From: Gordius albopunctatus
Taxonomy: Eukaryota
Length of the DNA: 64,000 nucleotides
Reading direction: 5' to 3'
Assembly: GCA_964276515.1 (NCBI GenBank)
Contig: OZ193910.1
Span: 7,316,001-7,380,000, forward strand
Shown here one piece after another: positions 14,501 through 28,690 of this stretch (positions are counted from its first letter, which is position 1; every line of letters starts with the position of its first letter). Under the pieces are notes generated by a model. That model had not been told where the DNA came from, searched no databases, and was given only the letters and a program-made list of their open reading frames with translations. The translations under genes were made by a program, and so were the position numbers.

Positions 14501-16654
14501 AAAATAACAAAAAATATATTTTTTCAGGTTAAAATAATTCACAATTTTTTCCTTTCAACCATATTCAACCGATGAAAGTTGTTATTTTCAGACGTGATTT
14601 CCATGATAAAAAGTCAAAATTTATCAGAATTAGAAAACTATTACTTTGAAATCATCATCGCATAGAGCATGTTTAAATAATTAAGCACTCACGTTGCGAT
14701 ACAACTAATCGCAACAATATAACGTTGTCTTTTCTCAAAATGATTGTTCTCGCAGCTTAAAACTTCTAATAAGGAGTCGATCGAGAATAATAGGATTCTC
14801 AAATGAGCTTACTTTTATATATTTTTTCAAGCTCTTTTACATAAAATAACAAAAAATATATTTTTTCAGGTTAAAATAATTCACAATTTTTTCCTTTCAA
14901 CCATATTCAACCGATGAAAGTTGTTATTTTCAGACGTGATTTCGATGATAAAAAGTCAAAATTTATCATAATTAGAAAACTATTACTTTGAAATCATCAT
15001 CGCATAGAGCATGTTTAAATAATTAAGCCCTCACGTTGCGATACAACAAATCAATCGCAACAATATAACGTTGTCTTTTCTAAAAATGATTGTTCTCGCA
15101 GCTTAAAACTTCTAATAAGGAGTCGATCGAGAATAATAGGATTCTCAAATGAGCTTACTTTTATATATTTTCTAAGCTCTTTTACATAAAATAACAAAAA
15201 ATATATTTTTTCAGGTTAAAATAATTCACAATTTTTTCCTTTCAACCATATTCAACCGATGAAAGTTGTTATTTTCAGACGTGATTTCGATGATAAAAAG
15301 TCAAAATTTATCAGAATTAGAAAACTATTACTTTGAAATCATCATCGCATAGAGCATGTTTAAATAATTAAGCACTCACGTTGCGATACAACTAATCGCA
15401 ACAATATAACGTTGTCTTTTCTCAAAATGATTGTTCTCGCAGCTTAAAACTTCTAATAAGGAGTCGATCGAGAATAATAGGATTCTCAAATGAGCTTACT
15501 TTTATATATTTTTTCAAGCTCTTTTACATAAAATAACAAAAAATATATTTTTTCAGGTTAAAATAATTCACAATTTTTTCCTTTCAACCATATTCAACCG
15601 ATGAAAGTTGTTATTTTCAGACGTGATTTCCATGATAAAAAGTCAAAATTTAGCAGAATTAGAAAACTATTACTTTGAAATCATCATCGCATAGAGCATG
15701 TTTAAATAATTAAGCACTCACGTTGCGATACAACTAATCGCAACAATATAACGTTGTCTTTTCTCAAAATGATTGTTCTCGCAGCTTAAAACTTCTAATA
15801 AGGAGTCGATCGAGAATAATAGGATTCTCAAATGAGCTTACTTTTATATATTTTTCAAGCTCTTTTACATAAAATAACAAAAAATATATTTTTTCAGGTT
15901 AAAATAATTCACAATTTTTTCCTTTCAACCATATTCAACCGATGAAAGTTGTTATTTTCAGACGTGATTTCGATGATAAAAAGTCAAAATTTATCAGAAT
16001 TAGAAAACTATTACTTTGAAATCATCATCGCATAGAGCATGTTTAAATAATTAAGCACTCACGTTGCGATACAACTAATCGCAACAATATAACGTTGTCT
16101 TTTCTCAAAATGATTGTTCTCGCAGCTTAAAACTTCTTTCTAAAGTCAATCGAGGATAAAAGGTTTCTCAAATTGGCTTACTTTAAAATATTTTTTCAAG
16201 CTCTTTTACATAAAATAACAAAAAATATATTTTTTCAGGTTAAAATAATTCACAATTTTTTCCTTTCAACCATATTCAACCGATGAAAGTTGTTATTTTC
16301 AGACGTGATTTCCATGATAAAAAGTCAAAATTTATCAGAATTAGAAAACTATTACTTTGAAATCATCATCGCATAGAGCATGTTTAAATAATTAAGCACT
16401 CACGTTGCGATACAACTAATCGCAACAATATAACGTTGTCTTTTCTCAAAATGATTGTTCTCGCAGCTTAAAACTTCTAATAAGGAGTCGATCGAGAATA
16501 ATAGGATTCTCAAATGAGCTTACTTTTATATATTTTTTCAAGCTCTTTTACATAAAATAACAAAAAATATATTTTTTCAGGTTAAAATAATTCACAATTT
16601 TTTCCTTTCAACCATATTCAACCGATGAAAGTTGTTATTTTCAGACGTGATTTC
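11545..16654 (+). repeat. Block duplication in A, 3080-bp offset (9 monomers)
   Basis: The private variant tctaagctct is at 12091 and 15171. The region ~11545-13574 matches ~14625-16654. Confidence 0.8.
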
Positions 16655-19600
16655 CATGATAAAAAGTCAAAATTTAGCAGAATTAGAAAACTATTACTTT
16701 GAAATCATCATCGCATAGAGCATGTTTAAATAATTAAGCACTCACGTTGCGATACAACAAATTAATCGCAACAATATAACGTTGTCTTTTCTCAAAATGA
16801 TTGTTCTCGCAGCTTAAAACTTCTAATAAGGAGTCGATCGAGAATAATAGGATTCTCAAATGAGCTTACTTTTATATATTTTTTCAAGCTCTTTTACATA
16901 AAATAACAAAAAATATATTTTTTCAGGTTAAAATAATTCACAATTTTTTCCTTTCAACCATATTCAACCGATGAAAGTTGTTATTTTCAGACGTGATTTC
17001 CATGATAAAAAGTCAAAATTTAGCAGAATTAGAAAACTATTACTTTGAAATCATCATCGCATAGAGCATGTTTAAATAATTAAGCACTCACGTTGCGATA
17101 CAACAAATTAATCGCAACAATATAACGTTGTCTTTTCTCAAAATGATTGTTCTCGCAGCTTAAAACTTCTAATAAGGAGTCGATCGAGAATAATAGGATT
17201 CTCAAATGAGCTTACTTTTATATATTTTTTCAAGCTCTTTTACATAAAATAACAAAAAATATATTTTTTCAGGTTAAAATAATTCACAATTTTTTCCTTT
17301 CAACCATATTCAACCGATGAAAGTTGTTATTTTCAGACGTGATTTCCATGATAAAAAGTCAAAATTTAGCAGAATTAGAAAACTATTACTTTGAAATCAT
17401 CATCGCATAGAGCATGTTTAAATAATTAAGCACTCACGTTGCGATACAACTAATCGCAACAATATAACGTTGTCTTTTCTCAAAATGATTGTTCTCGCAG
17501 CTTAAAACTTCTAATAAGGAGTCGATCGAGAATAATAGGATTCTCAAATGAGCTTACTTTTATATATTTTTTCAAGCTCTTTTACATAAAATAACAAAAA
17601 ATATATTTTTTCAGGTTAAAATAATTCACAATTTTTTCCTTTCAACCATATTCAACCGATGAAAGTTGTTATTTTCAGACGTGATTTCGATGATAAAAAG
17701 TCAAAATTTATCATAATTAGAAAACTATTACTTTGAAATCATCATCGCATAGAGCATGTTTAAATAATTAAGCCCTCACGTTGCGATACAACAAATCAAT
17801 CGCAACAATATAACGTTGTCTTTTCTAAAAATGATTGTTCTCGCAGCTTAAAACTTCTAATAAGGAGTCGATCGAGAATAATAGGATTCTCAAATGAGCT
17901 TACTTTTATATATTTTTTCAAGCTCTTTTACATAAAATAACAAAAAATATATTTTTCAGGTTAAAATAATTCACAATTTTTTCCTTTCAACCATATTCAA
18001 CCGATGAAAGTTGTTATTTTCAGACGTGATTTCCATGATAAAAAGTCAAAATTTATCATAATTAGAAAACTATTACTTTGAAATCATCATCGCATAGAGC
18101 ATGTTTAAATAATTAAGCCCTCACGTTGCGATACAACAAATCAATCGCAACAATATAACGTTGTCTTTTCTAAAAATGATTGTTCTCGCAGCTTAAAACT
18201 TCTTATAAGGAGTCGATTGAGATTAATAGGATTCTCAAATCAGCTTACTTTTATATATTTTTTCAAGCCCTTTTACATAAAATAACAAAAAATATATTTT
18301 TCAGGTTAAAATAATTCACAATTTTTTCCTTTCAACCATATTCAACCGATGAAAGTTGTTATTTTCAGACGTGATTTCCATGATAAAAAGTCAAAATTTA
18401 TCATAATTAGAAAACTATTACTTTGAAATCATCATCGCATAGAGCATGTTTAAATAATTAAGCCCTCACGTTGCGATACAACAAATCAATCGCAACAATA
18501 TAACGTTGTCTTTTCTCAAAATGATTGTTCTCGCAGCTTAAAACTTCTAATAAGGAGTCGATCGAGAATAATAGGATTCTCAAATGAGCTTACTTTTATA
18601 TACTTTTCAAGCTCTTTTACATAAAATAACAAAAAATATATTTTTTCAGGTTAAAATAATTCACAATTTTTTCCTTTCAACCATATTCAACCGATGAAAG
18701 TTGTTATTTTCAGACGTGATTTCGATGATAAAAAGTCAAAATTTATCAGAATTAGAAAACTATTACTTTGAAATCATCATCGCATAGAGCATGTTTAAAT
18801 AATTAAGCACTCACGTTGCGATACAACTAATCGCAACAATATAACGTTGTCTTTTCTCAAAATGATTGTTCTCGCAGCTTAAAACTTCTTTCTAAAGTCA
18901 ATCGAGGATAAAAGGTTTCTCAAATTGGCTTACTTTAAAATATTTTTTCAAGCTCTTTTACATAAAATAACAAAAAATATATTTTTTCAGGTTAAAATAA
19001 TTCACAATTTTTTCCTTTCAACCATATTCAACCGATGAAAGTTGTTATTTTCAGACGTGATTTCCATGATAAAAAGTCAAAATTTATCAGAATTAGAAAA
19101 CTATTACTTTGAAATCATCATCGCATAGAGCATGTTTAAATAATTAAGCACTCACGTTGCGATACAACTAATCGCAACAATATAACGTTGTCTTTTCTCA
19201 AAATGATTGTTCTCGCAGCTTAAAACTTCTTTCTAAAGTCAATCGAGGATAAAAGGTTTCTCAAATTGGCTTACTTTAAAATATTTTTTCAAGCTCTTTT
19301 ACATAAAATAACAAAAAATATATTTTTTCAGGTTAAAATAATTCACAATTTTTTCCTTTCAACCATATTCAACCGATGAAAGTTGTTATTTTCAGACGTG
19401 ATTTCCATGATAAAAAGTCAAAATTTATCAGAATTAGAAAACTATTACTTTGAAATCATCATCGCATAGAGCATGTTTAAATAATTAAGCACTCACGTTG
19501 CGATACAACTAATCGCAACAATATAACGTTGTCTTTTCTCAAAATGATTGTTCTCGCAGCTTAAAACTTCTAATAAGGAGTCGATCGAGAATAATAGGAT

Positions 19601-20209
19601 TCTCAAATGAGCTTACTTTTATATATTTTTTCAAGCTCTTTTACATAAAATAACAAAAAATATGTTTTTTCAGGTTAAAATAATTCACAATTTTTTCCTT
19701 TCAACCATATTCAACCGATGAAAGTTGTTATTTTCAGACGTGATTTCCATGATAAAAAGTCAAAATTTATCAGAATTAGAAAACTATTACTTTGAAATCA
19801 TCATCGCATAGAGCATGTTTAAATAATTAAGCACTCACGTTGCGATACAACTAATCGCAACAATATAACGTTGTCTTTTCTCAAAATGATTGTTCTCGCA
19901 GCCTAAAACTTCTAATAAGGAGTCGATCGAGAATAATAGGATTCTCAAATGAGCTTACTTTTATATATTTTTTCAAGCTCTTTTACATAAAATAACAAAA
20001 AATATATTTTTTCAGGCTAAAATAATTCACAATTTTTTCCTTTCAACCATATTCAACCGATGAAAGTTGTTATTTTCAGACGTAATTTCGATGATAAAAA
20101 GTCAAAATTTATCATAATTAGAAAACTATTACTTTGAAATCATCATCGTATAGAGCATGTTTAAATAATTAAGCACTCACGTTGCGATACAACAAATTAA
20201 TCGGAACAA

Positions 20210-23200
20210 TATAACGTTGTCTTTTCTAAAAATGATTGTTCTCGCAGCTTAAAACTTCTTATAAGGAGTCGATCGAGATTAATAGGATTCTCAAATCAGC
20301 TTACTTTTATATATTTTTTCAAGCTCTTTTACATAAAATAACAAAAAATATATTTTTCAGGTTAAAATAATTCACAATTTTTTCCTTTCAACCATATTCA
20401 ACCGATGAAAGTTGTTATTTTCAGACGTGATTTCCATGATAAAAAGTCAAAATTTATCATAATTAGAAAACTATTACTTTGAAATCATCATCGCATAGAG
20501 CATGTTTAAATAATTAAGCCCTCACGTTGCGATACAACAAATCAATCGCAACAATATAACGTTGTCTTTTCTAAAAATGATTGTTCTCGCAGCTTAAAAC
20601 TTCTAATAAGGAGTCGATCGAGATTAATAGGATTCTCAAATGAGCTTACTTTTATATATTTTTTCAAGCTCTTTTACATAAAATAACAAAATATATATTT
20701 TTTCAGGTTAAAATAATTCACAATTTTTTCCTTTCAACCATATTCAACAGATGAAAGTTGTTATTTTCAGACGAGATTTCCACGATAAAAAGTCAAAATT
20801 TATCAGAATTAGAGAACTATTACTTTTAAATCATCATCGCATAGAGCATGTTTCAAAAATTAAGCACTAACGTTGCGATACAACTAATCGCAACAATATA
20901 ACGTTGTATTTTCTCAAAATGATTGTTCTCGCAGCTTAAAACTTCTTATAAGGAGTCGATCGAGATTAATAGGATTCTCAAATCAGCTTACTTTTATATA
21001 TTTTTTCAAGCTCTTTTACATAAAATAACAAAAAATATATTTTTCAGGTTAAAATAATTCACAATTTTTTCCTTTCAACCATATTCAACCGATGAAAGTT
21101 GTTATTTTCAGACGTGATTTCCATGATAAAAAGTCAAAATTTATCATAATTAGAAAACTATTACTTTGAAATCATCATCGCATAGAGCATGTTTAAATAA
21201 TTAAGCCCTCACGTTGCGATACAACAAATCAATCGCAACAATATAACGTTGTCTTTTCTAAAAATGATTGTTCTCGCAGCTTAAAACTTCTAATAAGGAG
21301 TCGATCGAGATTAATAGGATTCTCAAATGAGCTTACTTTTATATATTTTTTCAAGCTCTTTTACATAAAATAACAAAATATATATTTTTTCAGGTTAAAA
21401 TAATTCACAATTTTTTCCTTTCAACCATATTCAACAGATGAAAGTTGTTATTTTCAGACGAGATTTCCACGATAAAAAGTCAAAATTTATCAGAATTAGA
21501 GAACTATTACTTTTAAATCATCATCGCATAGAGCATGTTTCAAAAATTAAGCACTAACGTTGCGATACAACTAATCGCAACAATATAACGTTGTATTTTC
21601 TCAAAATGATTGTTCTCGCAGCTTAAAACTTCTTATAAGGAGTCGATCGAGGATAAAAGGTTTCTCAAATTGGCTTACTTTTATATATTTTTCAAGCTCT
21701 TTTACATAAAATAACAAAAAATATATTTTTTCAGGTTAAAATAATTCACAATTTTTTCCTTTCAACCATATTCAACCGATGAAAGTTGTTATTTTCAGAC
21801 GTGATTTCGATGATAAAAAGTCAAAATTTATCAGAATTAGAAAACTATTACTTTGAAATCATCATCGCATAGAGCATGTTTAAATAATTAAGCACTCACG
21901 TTGCGATACAACTAATCGCAACAATATAACGTTGTCTTTTCTCAAAATGATTGTTCTCGCAGCTTAAAACTTCTTTCTAAAGTCAATCGAGGATAAAAGG
22001 TTTCTCAAATTGGCTTACTTTAAAATATTTTTTCAAGCTCTTTTACATAAAATAACAAAAAATATATTTTTTCAGGTTAAAATAATTCACAATTTTTTCC
22101 TTTCAACCATATTCAACCGATGAAAGTTGTTATTTTCAGACGTGATTTCCATGATAAAAAGTCAAAATTTATCAGAATTAGAAAACTATTACTTTGAAAT
22201 CATCATCGCATAGAGCATGTTTAAATAATTAAGCACTCACGTTGCGATACAACTAATCGCAACAATATAACGTTGTCTTTTCTCAAAATGATTGTTCTCG
22301 CAGCTTAAAACTTCTAATAAGGAGTCGATCGAGAATAATAGGATTCTCAAATGAGCTTACTTTTATATATTTTTTCAAGCTCTTTTACATAAAATAACAA
22401 AAAATAAGTTTTTTCAGGTTAAAATAATTCACAATTTTTTCCTTTCAACCATATTCAACCGATGAAAGTTGTTATTTTCAGACGTGATTTCCATGATAAA
22501 AAGTCAAAATTTATCAGAATTAGAAAACTATTACTTTGAAATCATCATCGCATAGAGCATGTTTAAATAATTAAGCACTCACGTTGCGATACAACTAATC
22601 GCAACAATATAACGTTGTCTTTTCTCAAAATGATTGTTCTCGCAGCCTAAAACTTCTAATAAGGAGTCGATCGAGAATAATAGGATTCTCAAATGAGCTT
22701 ACTTTTATATATTTTTTCAAGCTCTTTTACATAAAATAACAAAAAATATATTTTTTCAGGTTAAAATAATTCACAATTTTTTCCTTTCAACCATATTCAA
22801 CAGATGAAAGTTGTTATTTTCAGACGAGATTTCCACGATAAAAAGTCAAAATTTATCAGAATTAGAAAACTATTACTTTGAAATCATCATCGCATAGAGC
22901 ATGTTTAAATAATTAAGCACTCACGTTGCGATACAACTAATCGCAACAATATAACGTTGTCTTTTCTAAAAATGATTGTTCTCGCAGCTTAAAACTTCTT
23001 ATAAGGAGTCGATCGAGATTAATAGGATTCTCAAATCAGCTTACTTTTATATATTTTTTCAAGCTCTTTTACATAAAATAACAAAAAATATATTTTTCAG
23101 GTTAAAATAATTCACAATTTTTTCCTTTCAACCATATTCAACCGATGAAAGTTGTTATTTTCAGACGTGATTTCCATGATAAAAAGTCAAAATTTATCAT

Positions 23201-25540
23201 AATTAGAAAACTATTACTTTGAAATCATCATCGCATAGAGCATGTTTAAATAATTAAGCCCTCACGTTGCGATACAACAAATCAATCGCAACAATATAAC
23301 GTTGTCTTTTCTAAAAATGATTGTTCTCGCAGCTTAAAACTTCTAATAAGGAGTCGATCGAGATTAATAGGATTCTCAAATGAGCTTACTTTTATATATT
23401 TTTTCAAGCTCTTTTACATAAAATAACAAAATATATATTTTTTCAGGTTAAAATAATTCACAATTTTTTCCTTTCAACCATATTCAACAGATGAAAGTTG
23501 TTATTTTCAGACGAGATTTCCACGATAAAAAGTCAAAATTTATCAGAATTAGAGAACTATTACTTTTAAATCATCATCGCATAGAGCATGTTTCAAAAAT
23601 TAAGCACTAACGTTGCGATACAACTAATCGCAACAATATAACGTTGTATTTTCTCAAAATGATTGTTCTCGCAGCTTAAAACTTCTTATAAGGAGTCGAT
23701 CGAGATTAATAGGATTCTCAAATCAGCTTACTTTTATATATTTTTTCAAGCTCTTTTACATAAAATAACAAAAAATATATTTTTCAGGTTAAAATAATTC
23801 ACAATTTTTTCCTTTCAACCATATTCAACCGATGAAAGTTGTTATTTTCAGACGTGATTTCCATGATAAAAAGTCAAAATTTATCATAATTAGAAAACTA
23901 TTACTTTGAAATCATCATCGCATAGAGCATGTTTAAATAATTAAGCCCTCACGTTGCGATACAACAAATCAATCGCAACAATATAACGTTGTCTTTTCTA
24001 AAAATGATTGTTCTCGCAGCTTAAAACTTCTAATAAGGAGTCGATCGAGATTAATAGGATTCTCAAATGAGCTTACTTTTATATATTTTTTCAAGCTCTT
24101 TTACATAAAATAACAAAATATATATTTTTTCAGGTTAAAATAATTCACAATTTTTTCCTTTCAACCATATTCAACAGATGAAAGTTGTTATTTTCAGACG
24201 AGATTTCCACGATAAAAAGTCAAAATTTATCAGAATTAGAGAACTATTACTTTTAAATCATCATCGCATAGAGCATGTTTCAAAAATTAAGCACTAACGT
24301 TGCGATACAACTAATCGCAACAATATAACGTTGTATTTTCTCAAAATGATTGTTCTCGCAGCTTAAAACTTCTTATAAGGAGTCGATCGAGGATAAAAGG
24401 TTTCTCAAATTGGCTTACTTTTATATATTTTTCAAGCTCTTTTACATAAAATAACAAAAAATATATTTTTTCAGGTTAAAATAATTCACAATTTTTTCCT
24501 TTCAACCATATTCAACCGATGAAAGTTGTTATTTTCAGACGTGATTTCGATGATAAAAAGTCAAAATTTATCAGAATTAGAAAACTATTACTTTGAAATC
24601 ATCATCGCATAGAGCATGTTTAAATAATTAAGCACTCACGTTGCGATACAACTAATCGCAACAATATAACGTTGTCTTTTCTCAAAATGATTGTTCTCGC
24701 AGCTTAAAACTTCTTTCTAAAGTCAATCGAGGATAAAAGGTTTCTCAAATTGGCTTACTTTAAAATATTTTTTCAAGCTCTTTTACATAAAATAACAAAA
24801 AATATATTTTTTCAGGTTAAAATAATTCACAATTTTTTCCTTTCAACCATATTCAACCGATGAAAGTTGTTATTTTCAGACGTGATTTCCATGATAAAAA
24901 GTCAAAATTTATCAGAATTAGAAAACTATTACTTTGAAATCATCATCGCATAGAGCATGTTTAAATAATTAAGCACTCACGTTGCGATACAACTAATCGC
25001 AACAATATAACGTTGTCTTTTCTCAAAATGATTGTTCTCGCAGCTTAAAACTTCTAATAAGGAGTCGATCGAGAATAATAGGATTCTCAAATGAGCTTAC
25101 TTTTATATATTTTTTCAAGCTCTTTTACATAAAATAACAAAAAATAAGTTTTTTCAGGTTAAAATAATTCACAATTTTTTCCTTTCAACCATATTCAACC
25201 GATGAAAGTTGTTATTTTCAGACGTGATTTCCATGATAAAAAGTCAAAATTTATCAGAATTAGAAAACTATTACTTTGAAATCATCATCGCATAGAGCAT
25301 GTTTAAATAATTAAGCACTCACGTTGCGATACAACTAATCGCAACAATATAACGTTGTCTTTTCTCAAAATGATTGTTCTCGCAGCCTAAAACTTCTAAT
25401 AAGGAGTCGATCGAGAATAATAGGATTCTCAAATGAGCTTACTTTTATATATTTTTTCAAGCTCTTTTACATAAAATAACAAAAAATATATTTTTTCAGG
25501 TTAAAATAATTCACAATTTTTTCCTTTCAACCATATTCAA
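20210..25540 (+). repeat. Higher-order repeat in A, 2740 bp (8 monomers), containing a 687-bp dimer duplication
   Basis: The variant monomer acgagatttccacg...agagaactattacttttaa...tttcaaaaattaagcactaacg occurs at 20771, 21458, 23511 and 24198 (offsets 687 and 2740). Confidence 0.88.
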
Positions 25541-28500
25541 CCGATGAAAGTTGTTATTTTCAGACGTAATTTCGATGATAAAAAGTCAAAATTTATCATA
25601 ATTAGAAAACTATTACTTTGAAATCATCATCGTATAGAGCATGTTTAAATAATTAAGCACTCACGTTGCGATACAACAAATTAATCGCAACAATATAACG
25701 TTGTCTTTTCTAAAAATGATTGTTCTCGCAGCTTAAAACTTCTTATAAGGAGTCGATCGAGATTAATAGGATTCTCAAATCAGCTTACTTTTATATATTT
25801 TTTCAAGCTCTTTTACATAAAATAACAAAAAATATATTTTTCAGGTTAAAATAATTCACAATTTTTTCCTTTCAACCATATTCAACCGATGAAAGTTGTT
25901 ATTTTCAGACGTGATTTCCATGATAAAAAGTCAAAATTTATCATAATTAGAAAACTATTACTTTGAAATCATCATCGCATAGAGCATGTTTAAATAATTA
26001 AGCCCTCACGTTGCGATACAACAAATCAATCGCAACAATATAACGTTGTCTTTTCTAAAAATGATTGTTCTCGCAGCTTAAAACTTCTTATAAGGAGTCG
26101 ATCGAGATTAATAGGATTCTCAAATCAGCTTACTTTTATATATTTTTTCAAGCCCTTTTACATAAAATAACAAAAAATATATTTTTCAGGTTAAAATAAT
26201 TCACAATTTTTTCCTTTCAACCATATTCAACCGATGAAAGTTGTTATTTTCAGACGTGATTTCCATGATAAAAAGTCAAAATTTATCATAATTAGAAAAC
26301 TATTACTTTGAAATCATCATCGCATAGAGCATGTTTAAATAATTAAGCCCTCACGTTGCGATACAACAAATCAATCGCAACAATATAACGTTGTCTTTTC
26401 TCAAAATGATTGTTCTCGCAGCTTAAAACTTCTAATAAGGAGTCGATCGAGAATAATAGGATTCTCAAATGAGCTTACTTTTATATATTTTTCAAGCTCT
26501 TTTACATAAAATAACAAAAAATATATTTTTTCAGGTTAAAATAATTCACAATTTTTTCCTTTCAACCATATTCAACCGATGAAAGTTGTTATTTTCAGAC
26601 GTGATTTCCATGATAAAAAGTCAAAATTTATCATAATTAGAAAACTATTACTTTGAAATCATCATCGCATAGAGCATGTTTAAATAATTAAGCACTCACG
26701 TTGCGATACAACTAATCGCAACAATATAACGTTGTCTTTTCTCAAAATGATTGTTCTCGCAGCTTAAAACTTCTTTCTAAAGTCAATCGAGGATAAAAGG
26801 TTTCTCAAATTGGCTTACTTTAAAATATTTTTTCAAGCTCTTTTACATAAAATAACAAAAAATATATTTTTTCAGGTTAAAATAATTCACAATTTTTTCC
26901 TTTCAACCATATTCAACCGATGAAAGTTGTTATTTTCAGACGTGATTTCCATGATAAAAAGTCAAAATTTATCAGAATTAGAAAACTATTACTTTGAAAT
27001 CATCATCGCATAGAGCATGTTTAAATAATTAAGCACTCACGTTGCGATACAACTAATCGCAACAATATAACGTTGTCTTTTCTCAAAATGATTGTTCTCG
27101 CAGCTTAAAACTTCTAATAAGGAGTCGATCGAGAATAATAGGATTCTCAAATGAGCTTACTTTTATATATTTTTTCAAGCTCTTTTACATAAAATAACAA
27201 AAAATAAGTTTTTTCAGGTTAAAATAATTCACAATTTTTTCCTTTCAACCATATTCAACCGATGAAAGTTGTTATTTTCAGACGTGATTTCCATGATAAA
27301 AAGTCAAAATTTATCAGAATTAGAAAACTATTACTTTGAAATCATCATCGCATAGAGCATGTTTAAATAATTAAGCACTCACGTTGCGATACAACTAATC
27401 GCAACAATATAACGTTGTCTTTTCTCAAAATGATTGTTCTCGCAGCCTAAAACTTCTAATAAGGAGTCGATCGAGAATAATAGGATTCTCAAATGAGCTT
27501 ACTTTTATATATTTTTTCAAGCTCTTTTACATAAAATAACAAAAAATATATTTTTTCAGGTTAAAATAATTCACAATTTTTTCCTTTCAACCATATTCAA
27601 CCGATGAAAGTTGTTATTTTCAGACGTAATTTCGATGATAAAAAGTCAAAATTTATCATAATTAGAAAACTATTACTTTGAAATCATCATCGTATAGAGC
27701 ATGTTTAAATAATTAAGCACTCACGTTGCGATACAACAAATTAATCGCAACAATATAACGTTGTCTTTTCTAAAAATGATTGTTCTCGCAGCTTAAAACT
27801 TCTTATAAGGAGTCGATCGAGATTAATAGGATTCTCAAATCAGCTTACTTTTATATATTTTTTCAAGCTCTTTTACATAAAATAACAAAAAATATATTTT
27901 TCAGGTTAAAATAATTCACAATTTTTTCCTTTCAACCATATTCAACCGATGAAAGTTGTTATTTTCAGACGTGATTTCCATGATAAAAAGTCAAAATTTA
28001 TCATAATTAGAAAACTATTACTTTGAAATCATCATCGCATAGAGCATGTTTAAATAATTAAGCCCTCACGTTGCGATACAACAAATCAATCGCAACAATA
28101 TAACGTTGTCTTTTCTAAAAATGATTGTTCTCGCAGCTTAAAACTTCTTATAAGGAGTCGATCGAGATTAATAGGATTCTCAAATCAGCTTACTTTTATA
28201 TATTTTTTCAAGCCCTTTTACATAAAATAACAAAAAATATATTTTTCAGGTTAAAATAATTCACAATTTTTTCCTTTCAACCATATTCAACCGATGAAAG
28301 TTGTTATTTTCAGACGTGATTTCCATGATAAAAAGTCAAAATTTATCATAATTAGAAAACTATTACTTTGAAATCATCATCGCATAGAGCATGTTTAAAT
28401 AATTAAGCCCTCACGTTGCGATACAACAAATCAATCGCAACAATATAACGTTGTCTTTTCTCAAAATGATTGTTCTCGCAGCTTAAAACTTCTAATAAGG

Positions 28501-28690
28501 AGTCGATCGAGAATAATAGGATTCTCAAATGAGCTTACTTTTATATATTTTTCAAGCTCTTTTACATAAAATAACAAAAAATATATTTTTTCAGGTTAAA
28601 ATAATTCACAATTTTTTCCTTTCAACCATATTCAACCGATGAAAGTTGTTATTTTCAGACGTGATTTCCATGATAAAAAGTCAAAATTTA
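24575..28690 (+). repeat. Higher-order repeat in A, 2060 bp (6 monomers)
   Basis: The aaaataagtt variant is at 25141 and 27201. The catcgtatag and taatttcg variants also recur at +2060. Confidence 0.85.
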
